DNA from: an uncultured Gammaproteobacteria bacterium
GTDB lineage: Bacteria > Pseudomonadota > Gammaproteobacteria > CAWCPV01
Assembly: GCA_963797555.1 (NCBI GenBank)
Contig: CAWCPV010000016.1
Span: forward strand, 160,411 to 224,410
Length of the DNA stretch: 64,000 bases
Direction of reading: 5' to 3'
Each line of letters starts with the position of its first letter. Within the stretch, counting starts at the first letter, position 1. A model generated the notes under the pieces. It was not told the DNA's origin, searched no databases, and saw nothing but the letters and a program-made list of their open reading frames with translations. Shown piece by piece: positions 44,781 to 60,274 of this stretch. The translations under genes were made by a program, and so were the position numbers.

Positions 44781-45305
44781 TCACTCGGGCCGGTAGCTCA
44801 CTATTTCTGGCAAGGGGCGCCGCGGGGTCGGCTCGGGAAGCTCGGCCGGATAGCCGATGCTGAGGAGGGCCACGGGCACCAGACCCTTCCTGAGGCCCAG
44901 TAGCTCGGCGATTCGGCGCTCGTCGAAATCACCCACCCAAGTCGATGCCATACCCGCCGCCACGGCGGCAAGCTGTGCGTACGCCGCTGCGATGGTCGCG
45001 TCCTGGATCGCGTAGAGTGTCCGACCTCGGTCTCCGTAGCGCTGCGCGGATCGCTCCGCGTCGCCGCAGAACGCCAGGCAGATAGGCGCTTCCTCGATGA
45101 ACGACTGGTCCTGGGCCGCGGCCCGTAATGCAGTGCGGTCCGATGCCGCAGCCACCACCGCGACATGATAGGCCTGAAGATCGCCGGCGGACGGCGCCGC
45201 GCACGCCATCTCCAGGATAGCGTGCAGCTTCTCTGGCTCCACCAGGCGATCCTGGTAGCGCCGCACCGAGTGCCGGTGACGGACAGTCTCGAAGAAATCC
45301 CACAC
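44781..45305 (-). CDS. Nitroreductase family protein
   Basis: RHSVRRY, APSAG.LQ, STWVG.F and IGYP. Confidence 0.9.
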   Translation of the reverse strand: MWDFFETVRHRHSVRRYQDRLVEPEKLHAILEMACAAPSAGDLQAYHVAVVAAASDRTALRAAAQDQSFIEEAPICLAFCGDAERSAQRYGDRGRTLYAIQDATIAAAYAQLAAVAAGMASTWVGDFDERRIAELLGLRKGLVPVALLSIGYPAELPEPTPRRPLPEIVSYRPE

Positions 45306-45319
45306 GGTGCCCTTACCCG

Positions 45320-46099
45320 TTACCGTAGCACTGTCCGCTCGACTTCGCGGACCATGGGATTAGTCGGATAGTTAGTCTTGAGCACGCGCAAGGCGTCTGC
45401 GGCCAAGTCGTTCAGCCCCAGGACCTTGTAAGCCTTGGCCATTGTCCCCAGGGCATCCGGCACCGCCGGGGTGCGCGGATAGTGCTCCACGACGTATTTG
45501 GCCCGGCCCGCCGCAGCCACGAAGGCGCCCCGCCGCATGTAGTAGGTCGCAACATTCAGCTCGTGCTGAGCCAGCATGTCGCGCAGGTACAGCATGCGCT
45601 GTCGCGCATCCTCGGCGTACTTGCTGTTGGGGAACTTGCGCACCAGCTCGGCGAAATCGCGGAAGCTCTGTTCCATGGAACCGGGGTCCCGCTGGGACAG
45701 GTCTGTCGGCATGTAGCGCTCCAGGAACCCCAGACCCCGGTTATAATTCACCAGCCCTTTCAGATAGTACGCGTAAGCCACGTTAGGGTGGGTCGGATAG
45801 GTCTTGATGAACCGATCCGCCGCTCCGATGGCGGAATCCGGCTCGTCGGACTTATAGTACGCATAGGCCATCTCTAGCAGCGCCTGCTGCGCATACTGGC
45901 CAAAGGGGTAACGCGCCTCCAGAGATTCGTAGTACTTGATGGCCTGCTGGTAATCGCCGTCGTTGACGGAAGCCCGCGCCTCTGAATACAGCTTGCTCGC
46001 CGACCAATCCTTGGTCGCGTCTTCCTGAGAGCGCAGCAGCGAACAGCCGCTCGAAGCCGCAACCCAAAGCGCTAACACCATGCATACCCAGACGCGCAT
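45320..46099 (-). CDS. bamD: Outer-membrane assembly lipoprotein BamD
   Basis: Lipobox SGC, TPRs, LEARYPFG and YAYYLKGL. Divergent from rluD. Confidence 0.93.
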   Translation of the reverse strand: MRVWVCMVLALWVAASSGCSLLRSQEDATKDWSASKLYSEARASVNDGDYQQAIKYYESLEARYPFGQYAQQALLEMAYAYYKSDEPDSAIGAADRFIKTYPTHPNVAYAYYLKGLVNYNRGLGFLERYMPTDLSQRDPGSMEQSFRDFAELVRKFPNSKYAEDARQRMLYLRDMLAQHELNVATYYMRRGAFVAAAGRAKYVVEHYPRTPAVPDALGTMAKAYKVLGLNDLAADALRVLKTNYPTNPMVREVERTVLR

Positions 46100-46176
46100 G
46101 AACTTAGGGTATCCGAAGCCCGTGGAGCGGTAAAGGGCGGTCCGCGACCCCAGACTGGCGTGCTACACTGCGTCGG

Positions 46177-47130
46177 ATGGCAGCAGACGGCATAGTTGCA
46201 CATATTCCGCAGGACTTGGCCGGGATGCGCCTGGACCAGGTGCTGGTCAGACTATTTCCGGAGCATTCGCGAACTCGTCTGACACAGTGGATTCGCGCCG
46301 GCCACGTGCGCGTGGATGCGCAGCAGTTCTGCCCCAAGGACCGGGTACGCGGCGGCGAGCGCGTGGAGCTTACGCCCTCCAGCGAGGAGCGAACGTCTTG
46401 GGACGCGCAGGAGTTGCCCCTGCCCATCGTCTACGAGGACGAGGCGCTGCTGATAGTAAACAAGCCGGCGGGGCTGGTCGTTCACCCGGCACCCGGTCAT
46501 CGCGATGGCACGCTGGTCAACGCCTTACTGCACCGCGCCCCCGAGCTGGCCGCTGTGCCGAGGGCAGGCGTGGTACACCGCCTCGATAAGGACACCACTG
46601 GCTTGCTGGTCGTCGCCCGCACGCTCGCGAGCCACACTTCGCTGGTCACTCAGCTTCAGGCACGGGCCTTCCTGCGCGAGTACGATGCCGTCGTGGTCGG
46701 CCGCGTGGTGGCGGGCGGGGCGGCGGAGGCCCCCATCGGGCGTCATCCGGTCGACCGCAAGCGCATGGCCGTGCGTCCCGAGGGCAAACCTGCCATCACG
46801 CACTTTCGCGTGGTTCGGCGGTTTCGGGCACATACCCATGTGCGCCTTCGGCTGGAAACGGGACGTACTCATCAAGTGCGGGTTCACATGGCGCACCTTC
46901 AGCACCCCGTGCTGGGGGATCCTCTCTACGGGGGACGGCAGCGCCTACCATCGGGCGTCGGCGAGGCGCTCGCGGGGTGTGTGCGCGCTTTCCGGCGCCA
47001 GGCCCTGCACGCCACGCGCCTGGGCGTAACGCACCCCGCGAGCGGGATGTTTCTCCGCTGGGAAGCATCCTTGCCCGACGACATGGCCGCTCTCTTGGAG
47101 CTTCTCCACACGGATGTCGGAGAGCCTTGA
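46177..47130 (+). CDS. rluD: 23S rRNA pseudouridine synthase
   Basis: S4 domain, VHRLDKDTTG and LETGRTHQ. Confidence 0.93.
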   Translation: MAADGIVAHIPQDLAGMRLDQVLVRLFPEHSRTRLTQWIRAGHVRVDAQQFCPKDRVRGGERVELTPSSEERTSWDAQELPLPIVYEDEALLIVNKPAGLVVHPAPGHRDGTLVNALLHRAPELAAVPRAGVVHRLDKDTTGLLVVARTLASHTSLVTQLQARAFLREYDAVVVGRVVAGGAAEAPIGRHPVDRKRMAVRPEGKPAITHFRVVRRFRAHTHVRLRLETGRTHQVRVHMAHLQHPVLGDPLYGGRQRLPSGVGEALAGCVRAFRRQALHATRLGVTHPASGMFLRWEASLPDDMAALLELLHTDVGEP

Positions 47131-47920
47131 CGTCGTCGTGCCCAACTGGCCGGCGCCCACCTCGGTCCGGGCATGCTGCACCACCCGCCGTGGTGGCGTC
47201 AGCGCCCCACCTTTCGCGACCCTCAACTTGGCCGCACACGTGGGCGACGTTGCGGATGCAGTGAACGAGAACCGCTCCCGGATGCGCCTGCTCCTGAGGC
47301 TGCCGCAGGAACCCCGTTGGCTGCGCCAAGTACACGGGGCCCGAGTCGTGGACGCCGCCCGGAGCCCTCCCGCGACCGAAGCCGATGCCGGCATCGCCTT
47401 GGCTCCCGGGGTGGTGTGTGCGGTGCTGGTCGCCGACTGCTTGCCGTTGCTCCTGTGCGACCGCTGCGGCAAAGTGGTTGCGGCCGTCCACGCCGGCTGG
47501 CGCGGACTGGCGGCGAATCTCATCCAGGCGACGGTGCGCGCCATGGCCACGCCTGCTCGCGACATCCTCGCCTGGATGGGGCCGGCCATCTGCGCGGATG
47601 CTTTCGAGGTGGGCCCAGAGGTGCGGCAGCGGTTCCTGCAGCAGGATACGCGCTACGGGAGCGCCTTCCAGGCCGGCCCCACGCGTAACCGCTGGCGTGC
47701 GGACATCTACGCCCTGGCTGTGCAGGCACTGCGCAGCGTGGGTGTGACGGAGGTCTACGGCGGCGGCTGGTGCACGTATAGCGACTCGGACCGGTTTTAC
47801 TCTTATCGTCGGGACGGGACGACCGGCCGTATGGCAGCTATGATCTGGCTCGACGCGGCCGCCCCCGCCGGATCGGTCAGCGCCCCGCCCGCCCACTCCG
47901 CGGGGGACGTAACATCATGA
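47114..47920 (+). CDS. pgeF: Peptidoglycan editing factor PgeF/YfiH
   Basis: QVHG, ADCLP, HAGWRG and FYSYRR..TGR. Confidence 0.92.
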   Translation: MSESLDVVVPNWPAPTSVRACCTTRRGGVSAPPFATLNLAAHVGDVADAVNENRSRMRLLLRLPQEPRWLRQVHGARVVDAARSPPATEADAGIALAPGVVCAVLVADCLPLLLCDRCGKVVAAVHAGWRGLAANLIQATVRAMATPARDILAWMGPAICADAFEVGPEVRQRFLQQDTRYGSAFQAGPTRNRWRADIYALAVQALRSVGVTEVYGGGWCTYSDSDRFYSYRRDGTTGRMAAMIWLDAAAPAGSVSAPPAHSAGDVTS

Positions 47921-48444
47921 GCGACAAGAAGTGGTTCATGCTGACCGTGGTCGGCAGGGACCGTCCAGGCATCGTGGCTCGCATCAGCAAGGCTCTGTTC
48001 GAAGGGGGATGCTCCTTGGGGGAGGCATCGATGATGCGTCTGGGCGGCAACTTCGCCATCATGCTCATGGTGCAGTCCCCGGGGACTGTCGCATCGCTAG
48101 AGCAGCTCGTCGAAGGGGCCGGTCACGAGTTGGGCTTGCGAGTACACCTGGACCCCATTGAGGGCGCACTGCACCAGCATCTGGAGCCCGATGTGCGCAT
48201 CACGGTGTTCGGTGCCGACCGGCCGGGCATCGTGGCGCAAGTGACGGGGGCGTTGGCCCAAGCCGGTCTCAACATTCTCGACTTGGAGTCGGACGTGGCG
48301 GGCAGCGCGGCGCGCCCCATTTACGTCATGCACATCGAAGGTCAGGCGCTGCACGGAATCGAGGCGTTGCGCAGCGCCCTGGAATACGACGCGGGGGACG
48401 GCATCGAAGTCAGCCTGACAGCAGTGGATACCCTGATCGGTTAG
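47917..48444 (+). CDS. Double-ACT-domain protein (GcvR-like)
   Basis: Two ACT repeats, G.DRPGIVA. Confidence 0.85.
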   Translation: MSDKKWFMLTVVGRDRPGIVARISKALFEGGCSLGEASMMRLGGNFAIMLMVQSPGTVASLEQLVEGAGHELGLRVHLDPIEGALHQHLEPDVRITVFGADRPGIVAQVTGALAQAGLNILDLESDVAGSAARPIYVMHIEGQALHGIEALRSALEYDAGDGIEVSLTAVDTLIG

Positions 48445-48447
48445 CCC

Positions 48448-48994
48448 ATGTCGATACTCGACGTTCCTGACCTATCCGGACCCGCGGCTGAAGCAGCTCT
48501 CCATGCCTGTGGAGACCTTCGCCGACGCCCTGTGCGCGTTCATCGCGGATCTCGAGGAGACGATGCGCGCGGGCCCCGGGGCGGTCGGTATCGCGGCTCC
48601 CCAGGTGGGACGCTTCGAGCGCATCCTCATCGTAGACATTTCCGGCAAGCCGAAGGTACCGGGCCATGGCCGGCTCGTCCTCATCAATCCCGAGATCACC
48701 GCGTGGGAGGGCTTCGCCGTCGGTCGGGAGGGTTGCCTGTCGGTACCCGACTACACCGGGAACGTGATCCGCGCAGAACGTATCTCGTTACACGCCCAGG
48801 ACGAGATCGGTGGCCACCATGAGTATCAGATGGAGGGCTTCGAGGCGCGCGCCGTTCAACACGAAATGGATCATCTGGACGGTCTCTTGTTTCTGGACCG
48901 CCTGGTTAGCCGACGCAACGATCTATTCCGTCGCAAGGCCTACAAGACCGCCCCCGGGGTTCGCACCGCACGCAAGCGCGCCGCTGAGGCTTGA
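48448..48994 (+). CDS. def: Peptide deformylase (frameshift near 48466)
   Basis: ILDV/LTYPDPRL, GIAAPQVG, EGCLS and HEMDH. Confidence 0.9.
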
Positions 48995-49017
48995 ATTGGT
49001 CCTCTCAACCCCAATCT
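48990..49017 (+). promoter_or_regulatory. Sigma32 (RpoH) promoter of clpB
   Basis: CTTGAA-N13-CCCCAAT matches the RpoH consensus, upstream of clpB. Confidence 0.75.
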
Positions 49018-49139
49018 CGCGTCAAGGGGTGAAGGGGCACCTCCGTACCCACGTCCACTCCGTCACCCGTCGAGGATGCTGCAACGCTCGCATAAAGGCA
49101 GGGGGGCCGTGGCGCGCAGTTCGTTGAAGAGGGATTCCC

Positions 49140-51731
<2,592 letters not shown>

Positions 51732-51857
51732 ACGGGGCGCTGCACCCGTGAAGCTCTGTCGGGGGCCGGCCCGACGCGAGGCGGGGCGGCCGTCCGTCAG
51801 GATCCTTCGTACTCCGGGGACAGCAGACCGCCGCCGCGGCCCTTCCTTGAGCTGGCC

Positions 51858-53597
51858 ATGACAGGAGACAACGTCAGGACGGTGCGGGACTTGGAGAGGG
51901 TCATCCAGGCATCCAGGCCTGTACCGGAGGTTCAGCTCGGCAAGATCATGCTCGCCCAGCAGCAGATCGGGCCCGACCAGCTCGCCAACGCCCTCAAGCA
52001 ACAGCAGCGCGAGCCGGACAAGCACCTGGGCCGGATTCTCGTGGAGAACGGGGTTGCCACGAAGGAGCAGGTCCACATCGCTCTGGCTCAGAAGTTCGGG
52101 ATCCCCTTCGTCAAGCTGCAGGACTTCACGGTCAGCGAGGAAGCTCGGTCCCTCATCCCTGCGGACATCGCCATGCAGTACAACGTGCTGCCGCTCGCCA
52201 AACTCAACGGGCGCTTGGTGGTCGCGATGGAGAACCCTCTGGACTGGCAGGCCCTTGCGGTCATCCGCTTCCATACCAACCTCAGCGTAGACGCCGTGCT
52301 GTCCTCGGCCGAGGACATCGGCCGCGAGCTCAGCAGACACTATGCGGCCTCCGAGGAGAAGAAGGTCCTGCAGGACCTGGAGCTCAACCCCGTCGTGCCG
52401 GAGGCGGAGGGGTCGGCGTCGGTCAGCGTTATCGAGCAGGAGGCCCGGAAGGCGCCGATCGTGCGCCTGGTCAACGCGCTCATACTGGACGGGGTGATGC
52501 GCGGGGCTTCCGACATCAACATCCGCCCGGAGGCAGATCGGGTCAGCGTCTATTATCGCGTCGACGGCAAGCTGCAGTTCGTGCGCTCCCTGCACAGGTC
52601 AGTCCTCGCGCCCCTGGTCAGCCGGATCAAGATCGTCGGGCGCATGAACATCGCCGAGCGGCGCCTTCCCCAGGACGGGCACGCCCGTGTGGTCCGGAAA
52701 ACCAACGTCATCGACCTTCGCATCTCCGTCATCCCGACCGTGAGCGGCGAGAGCGTGGTGATAAGGATCCTCGACAAGGAGGTCGGTCTCAAACCCTTGG
52801 ACGAAGTCGGCTTCCAGCCGAAAGAGATGAACATCCTGCGACAGATCCTCAGCCGCTCCTTCGGCATGTTCCTGGTCACCGGGCCTACCGGGTCTGGAAA
52901 GTCCACGACGCTCTACGCTCTGCTCAACGAGATCCGCGCCCGCAACCCTCACATCATCACGGTCGAAGACCCGGTCGAGTACGACATGGAGGGGGTCGAG
53001 CAGATCCAGGTCTACCCCGCCACCGGATACACCTTTGCCGAGGCCTTGCGGCACATACTGCGGCACGATCCCAACGTCATCATGGTGGGCGAGATCCGCG
53101 ACCTGGAGACTGCGCGCATCGCCAATAAGGCAGCACTGACCGGTCACTTGGTGTTGAGCACACTGCACACCAACGACGCCGCCTCTGCAGTGACCCGTCT
53201 CGTCGACATGGGGATCGAGCCCTTCCTCCTGGGATCGACCCTACTCGGCGTCATGGCGCAGCGTCTGGTGCGTCTCAACTGTCCGTTCTGCAAAGCCCCG
53301 GAGCCGGTGGACCCCGTGGTGCGCGAGGCTCTGCATCTGGACGACGCCGAGGTGTTCTATCGCAGCACGGGCTGCACCTCCTGTAACCGCACCGGGTACC
53401 GCGGTCGGACCGCCGTGTGCGAGCTGCTCGCCGCAACCCCGGAGATCGCTGTGCTCATCAATGCCGGCCGGCCTGATCAGGAGATCAAACGCGCCGCCGT
53501 CGGCCAGGGCATGATACCGCTGACTCAGAACGCCCTCGGCGTCGCCCGCCAGGGGCTGACATCGCTGCAGGAGGTGTTCGCGTTGCGGCTTGAGTAA
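51858..53597 (+). CDS. GspE/PilB-family ATPase with MshEN-like N-terminus
   Basis: QLGKIML..HLGRILVENG, GPTGSGKS, EDPVE, LRHDP, GHLVLSTLH and tetracysteine motif. Confidence 0.9.
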   Translation: MTGDNVRTVRDLERVIQASRPVPEVQLGKIMLAQQQIGPDQLANALKQQQREPDKHLGRILVENGVATKEQVHIALAQKFGIPFVKLQDFTVSEEARSLIPADIAMQYNVLPLAKLNGRLVVAMENPLDWQALAVIRFHTNLSVDAVLSSAEDIGRELSRHYAASEEKKVLQDLELNPVVPEAEGSASVSVIEQEARKAPIVRLVNALILDGVMRGASDINIRPEADRVSVYYRVDGKLQFVRSLHRSVLAPLVSRIKIVGRMNIAERRLPQDGHARVVRKTNVIDLRISVIPTVSGESVVIRILDKEVGLKPLDEVGFQPKEMNILRQILSRSFGMFLVTGPTGSGKSTTLYALLNEIRARNPHIITVEDPVEYDMEGVEQIQVYPATGYTFAEALRHILRHDPNVIMVGEIRDLETARIANKAALTGHLVLSTLHTNDAASAVTRLVDMGIEPFLLGSTLLGVMAQRLVRLNCPFCKAPEPVDPVVREALHLDDAEVFYRSTGCTSCNRTGYRGRTAVCELLAATPEIAVLINAGRPDQEIKRAAVGQGMIPLTQNALGVARQGLTSLQEVFALRLE

Positions 53598-53671
53598 TGG
53601 GGCCTGACACGCGCCACGTGTCGTGCCGTCCGCGAGCACAGGGTCCGGTCGACGCTCTACCACCCGCCTCG

Positions 53672-53775
53672 GAGCTTGTGAAGAAATCGTTCCGAGCGGG
53701 CCGCGAGCGGCGCACGGAGCGCAGCGACGGCAAAATAGGCGAAGAGCGAGGACCCAGGACCGGCGCGCCGCGTCC
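53672..53775 (-). repeat. Partial MITE copy
   Basis: GAGCTTGTGAAGAAATCG..CGAGCGGGCC..GGCGCACGGAGCGCAGCGACG..ATAGGCGA. Confidence 0.75.
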
Positions 53776-53790
53776 CCTGGCGAGCGTCGC

Positions 53791-55569
<1,779 letters not shown>

Positions 55570-55837
55570 GGGGAGGGTTTCCTGTGATCACCGCCTCCAT
55601 TCGGGAGGGGCGCTGAGATGTTATGGTGTGAGGCTGTTTTGTGCAACCGAGAGGTGAAGGCCGCTCAGCGCCGCCCTCGCCCGCGAAGGAAGTCGGTGCG
55701 GAGCGCGACTCAGCGACAAAACCCGGGAAGCACGGACAGGCAGCGCCTGGCCTGGGATCCCGGACGCCAAGCGCAGCATTCACCCCGTCTCACGGGGCCC
55801 CGCCGGGCGGGCTGCAGCAGTGAAGAGGCGCGCCGCC

Positions 55838-56092
55838 TCAGTCGGCGGCGCCGTCGGCCTGACCGCCGGTCGTGGCCGGCTCCTCGGCCTTGGGCTTCGT
55901 CTTCTCCGGCTTCTTCGCGTAATCGCTCTTGTACCAGCCGCTGCCCTTAAGCTGGAAGCCGGCGGCGGAGATCAACCGGGTCAGCTCGGATTGGCCACAC
56001 ACCGGACACTCACTGAGGGGCGCGTCATCCAGACTCTGCAGGGCTTCGAGACGATGACCGCAGCTACCGCATTGATACTCGTAGATGGGCAT
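55838..56092 (-). CDS. FmdB-family zinc ribbon protein
   Basis: MPIYEYQC..C...CPVCG..FQLKGSGWY. Confidence 0.92.
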   Translation of the reverse strand: MPIYEYQCGSCGHRLEALQSLDDAPLSECPVCGQSELTRLISAAGFQLKGSGWYKSDYAKKPEKTKPKAEEPATTGGQADGAAD

Positions 56093-56207
56093 GGCAATCC
56101 TCGGACTGAGCGGGCGTGATGCCCGCGTATCTATGGGGCGCGCTTCAGAAAATCAAGTCCCGTTCCGGCCGGTAACGGCCTCAGGACCACGACTCGCGCC
56201 GCCACAT

Positions 56208-56236
56208 TTGTCCAAACCCGGACGCCGTGGTATAAG
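56208..56236 (+). promoter_or_regulatory. Sigma70-like promoter
   Basis: TTGTCC-N17-TATAAG with extended -10 TG. Confidence 0.45.
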
Positions 56237-56314
56237 AGCCGGCACGGCGTTGGCCAGGAAATGGGATGCCCTACCGGTAGGAGGGCCGGCCAACACGACT
56301 CCGCGCCCCTCACC

Positions 56315-56983
56315 ATGCGCTCACCCTTCGCTCCCCTGCCCTTCCTCGTTTTCATCCTGGCGCTCGCCTTCCTGCTCGCCTTCGTGCAGGTCGGCGTACT
56401 CACGATCGCCTTCGAGAAGCTCGGTTTGTCAAGCGATTCCGCCTTCCTGCTGCTTTTCGGCTCGCTGCTTGGCAGCGCCATCAACCTTCCGGTGGCCACC
56501 ATGCGGGCCGGGCCGGGCCGGGCGAGGCCGGATCGGCGCCGGTGGAACGGGTTGTTGCTGCCCCAGCCCCGGGAGTTCACGGGCACGACGGTCCTTGCGG
56601 TCAACCTCGGTGGGGCAGTCGTCCCCGTGGGCTTTTCAGTGTACCTACTGCATGTCCACTCCATCGACGCAAGCATTTTGGCCTTGGGGGTCGGACTAGT
56701 CACGGCGGTCAGCTACTACACGAGCCGGCCGGTGCCGAAGCTAGGGATCGCCATGCCCATTCTCGTCGCTCCAGCGACCTCCGGAGTCACGGCCCTGCTG
56801 CTCGCTCCGGGCGACAGTGCGGCGTTCGCTTACGTGTGCGGAACGTTAGGCGTGCTGTTGGGGGCCGACGTGTTGCGCATCAAGGACATCCGCCGTCTGG
56901 GGACCCCCGTCGCTTCCATCGGCGGAGCGGGCACCTTTGACGGCATCTTCGTGACCGGAATCGTCGCGGTGCTCCTCGCCTAG
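56315..56983 (+). CDS. DUF1614 membrane protein
   Basis: GSAINLP, AVNLGGAVVP, GTLGVLLGAD and SIGGAGTFDGIF. Confidence 0.85.
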   Translation: MRSPFAPLPFLVFILALAFLLAFVQVGVLTIAFEKLGLSSDSAFLLLFGSLLGSAINLPVATMRAGPGRARPDRRRWNGLLLPQPREFTGTTVLAVNLGGAVVPVGFSVYLLHVHSIDASILALGVGLVTAVSYYTSRPVPKLGIAMPILVAPATSGVTALLLAPGDSAAFAYVCGTLGVLLGADVLRIKDIRRLGTPVASIGGAGTFDGIFVTGIVAVLLA

Positions 56984-57204
56984 AACCCCGGCCCCGCCGC
57001 GCTCCGTCGGACGCCGCTGCGCAGCGCAGCAGCCTTGACTTACTGGCTCGCGAAGTGAAACACTCTGGCAGCGGCGCGCATGATCTCCACGAGGATTGTC
57101 GCGGGGGTACCACAAGATTTGGGAGCTGAGGCGGGTCCGCCTGCGCTGGGCGGCGGTTCCGCAACACCAAACGTGTCTAGCTCGTCTCATGCGGCGGTCG
57201 GTCC

Positions 57205-60200
57205 TTGCCCGATGCTCCCTCTGAGCTGCCGATGAGGACCCTTGCGAGAGCCGACAGGGAGGAGTGCAGCGGCTACACTGCCGCCCTCGGCGAGATTAGC
57301 CGTGGCATCCTCAGACCGCCGCAGGAGCCGTACACCTACTGGGCGGTGGCGGTCGTAGCCCGCGCGATGGGACTTGACCATTGCGCCCTGTTTCTGCACC
57401 TGCCAGGGTCCAGGGCGATGTCGCTCAGCGCCGGCACCGGCTGGCCTGCCGGCTCGGTGGGGCGGGCGAGGCTTGCGGTAAATCCCCGTCACCAAGTGGG
57501 TCACAGCCTTACCCACCGCATCGCCGTGATCGTTGACGATCTGCACGCGGACCGCCGATTCCGCGTGCCGCGTTTGCTACAGCCATACCGCTTTGGAAGC
57601 GCCCTCGCGGTGCCCGTTCCCGGGCCGCATCACGCCCTGGGAGTGCTGGCGGCGTATTGCCTGCAGACCGGGCGATTCGGCACCCAGGACAAGGATTTCT
57701 TGCAGGCTGCAGCGGCCATCCTGGCGGGTGCGGGCGATGCCGGGGCGGGTCAAACCAAACCAAATGGGCGCAAGCCCAATGACGCTCGGTCCACACGCGC
57801 ACCTCGCCGCAGCAACCGCAGCCTCGACGGGGAGTTGGCGCGGCAGCACCCGGAGCAGGACACTCTCAGGGACCGCCTGACCCGCCTGGAGGCCGCCGTC
57901 AGGGGGTCCAACGACGGTCTGTGGGACGCCACCATTCCCCCCGGCCAGCCCTGGCATTTGCCCCACACGCAGGTGTGGTATAGCCCTCGGTTCAAGGAAT
58001 TACTCGGCTATGGCGAGGGCGAGCTGCAGGACGGGCTGGAATCGTGGGCAGCGCGCCTTCATCCCGAGGATCGGGAGCGGGTCTTCGACGCGGTGGCCAG
58101 ACATATCGATCAGCGCGTGCCCTATGACACCGAGTATCGGCTGCTCACGCGCTCCGGGGAGTATCGCTGGTTTCACGCTCGCGGTCAGGCTGTCTGGGAC
58201 GCTGACGGCCGCATGGTCCGCATGGCCGGGACGCTGCGCGACATCAACCAGAGCAAGGGAATGGAAGTCGCCATCGAGGCGTACTTGCGCTATCTCGAGG
58301 CCATGCACCAGATATCGGAAGCGATCGCTCAGACCAGCGAGATCGGTCGGATGCTCCAGGAGGTGGTGCACCGCATCCGGCTCATTTTTGATTCCGATCG
58401 CGCTTGGCTGCTCCATCCGTGCGACCCCGAGGCTTCCTGGGCCGTGCCCGTGGAGGATACGCGCCCCGAATACCCTGGCGCGTCACAGCTTGCCGGAGGT
58501 CTGCCCATCGACGACTCCGCGGCCGAAGTGGCGCGCGCCGCGCTCGAAGCCCAGGAGCCAGTGGTCTACGGGCCAGAAAATCCATTCCCACCGAACGCCC
58601 CGTGGCGGGAGCGCTTTAGCATTCAGTCCCAGATAGACATCGCCGTCAGGCCACGTTACGGCAAGGCCTGGCTGCTAGGAATGCACCAGTGCTCACACGC
58701 ACGGGTGTGGACCCTGGAAGACCGGCATCTGTTCCGCGACATCTCTTTTCGTCTGGCCGACGCCTTGAACCACCTGCTCCTCTGCCACGACCTCCAGCAG
58801 TCGGAGACACGTTACCGCTGTCTGTTTGAGACCTCTGTCGATGGCATCTATGTCATCGCACCAGACGGCCGGTTCGTGGACGTGAACACCGCGTTCTGCC
58901 AGATGCTGGGCTACGACGGGCGGGATGCCTTCCTGGCGGCCCAGGGGGAGCATCACGACTATTTCCGGGCACTGCGCACCCGGCGGGACACGGCCCTGAC
59001 CAAAGGCGTCCACACTCGCCTTACGCGCACCGACGGCACCCATCTCTGGGTGGAGACGCGAGTCCAGCCGATCAGGGACGCCGGGGGAAAGGTCGTCTTT
59101 TACCAGGGCATTGCTCGGGACGTGACCGAGGCGAAGCAGGCCGAGGAGGTGCTTAGGGAGAGCGAGAGTAAGTTCCGGGCGTTGGCCGAGACGGTGCCCG
59201 CCTCGGTCTGTTTCCACAGGGGCGGACAGGTTCTGTATGCCAACTCCGCGGCCACCGCCCTCACCGGCTACTCAGCCTCGGAGCTTCAGAGCGTCGATTT
59301 CACGGAAATCGTGCACCCCGACTTCCAAGAGCCTCGTAAAGAACGCGGAGCCGGCTTGCGACGGGGACGCAGTGCCCACTTCCCGGCATGAGATCCAGAT
59401 CATCACCAAGACCGGCGAGGTCCGGTGGATCGACTTCATGGTCGGCACGGTCGAGTATGGAGGCCAGCGAGCGGGGCTGCGAACCGCGTTCGACATCACC
59501 GAGCGCAAACGCGCACAGGCAGAGATGGCACGGCTGCTGGAGGAGAACCGCTGTCTCACGCGTCACCGACTGCACATCCAGGAGGAAGAACGGCGCAGCC
59601 TCGCCCATGACCTGCACGATGAGCTGGGGCAGTGCCTGAGCGCGATCCGGGCCGACGCCGTGTCGATATGCCAGCGCAGCGCCAGAAACGATGCGCGCAT
59701 CCACGAGAGCGCGCAAGCTATCGTGACCGTCTCGAATCGAGTGCAGGATGTCGTGCGCTCCATGATGCGACGCCTGCGGCCTCCGGCCCTGAACACCCTC
59801 GGCCTGGTGGAAACGCTGCGCGCAGCTATCTTGGCCTGGCGGGAACATCAGCAGGTGAGCTGTCAGTTCACCGCTCGGGGCGATCTCGGGACCCTCGGGG
59901 ATGCCGTGGACATTCAGCTCTACCGGATAGTGCAAGAGTGTCTGACCAATATCGCCAAGCATGCGCTCGCCACTCGGGCCGACATCTCGCTGGTCCGTTC
60001 TTCCGTGCCGCCTGCAGAATGGCCGCCGGATGCCACAGCCGTCGCCTCCCCCTGCGCCGGGCGCGATGCATTGTACTTGAGGGTCTGCGACAACGGCTGC
60101 GGCATCCGCGCCGGTGGCACGCGCGCGGGACTCGGCTTGCTCGGCATGCAGGAGCGCGCAAGTAGTCTGCGTGGTGTGTTCCAACTGCAGAGTCAGCCCG

Positions 60201-60274
60201 GCTTGGGTACGTGCGTCGCGGTATGCATTCCCCTGGCGAACGACCCCACCGAAGCCCCGTGCGCAGGGGCATGA
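57205..60274 (+). CDS. GAF-PAS-GAF-PAS-PAS HisKA_3 sensor kinase (frameshift near 59335)
   Basis: GAF; GSNDGLWD..HPEDR PAS; QEEERRSLAHDLHDELGQ; QECLTNIAKHA; DNGCG; GLGLLGMQER. Confidence 0.85.

Noticed and set aside
55640-55780. Additional MITE copy between aspS and FmdB (also 56985-57065)
   Set aside because: Only short patches match (GTGCGGAGCGC..CAGCGAC); too degenerate to support.
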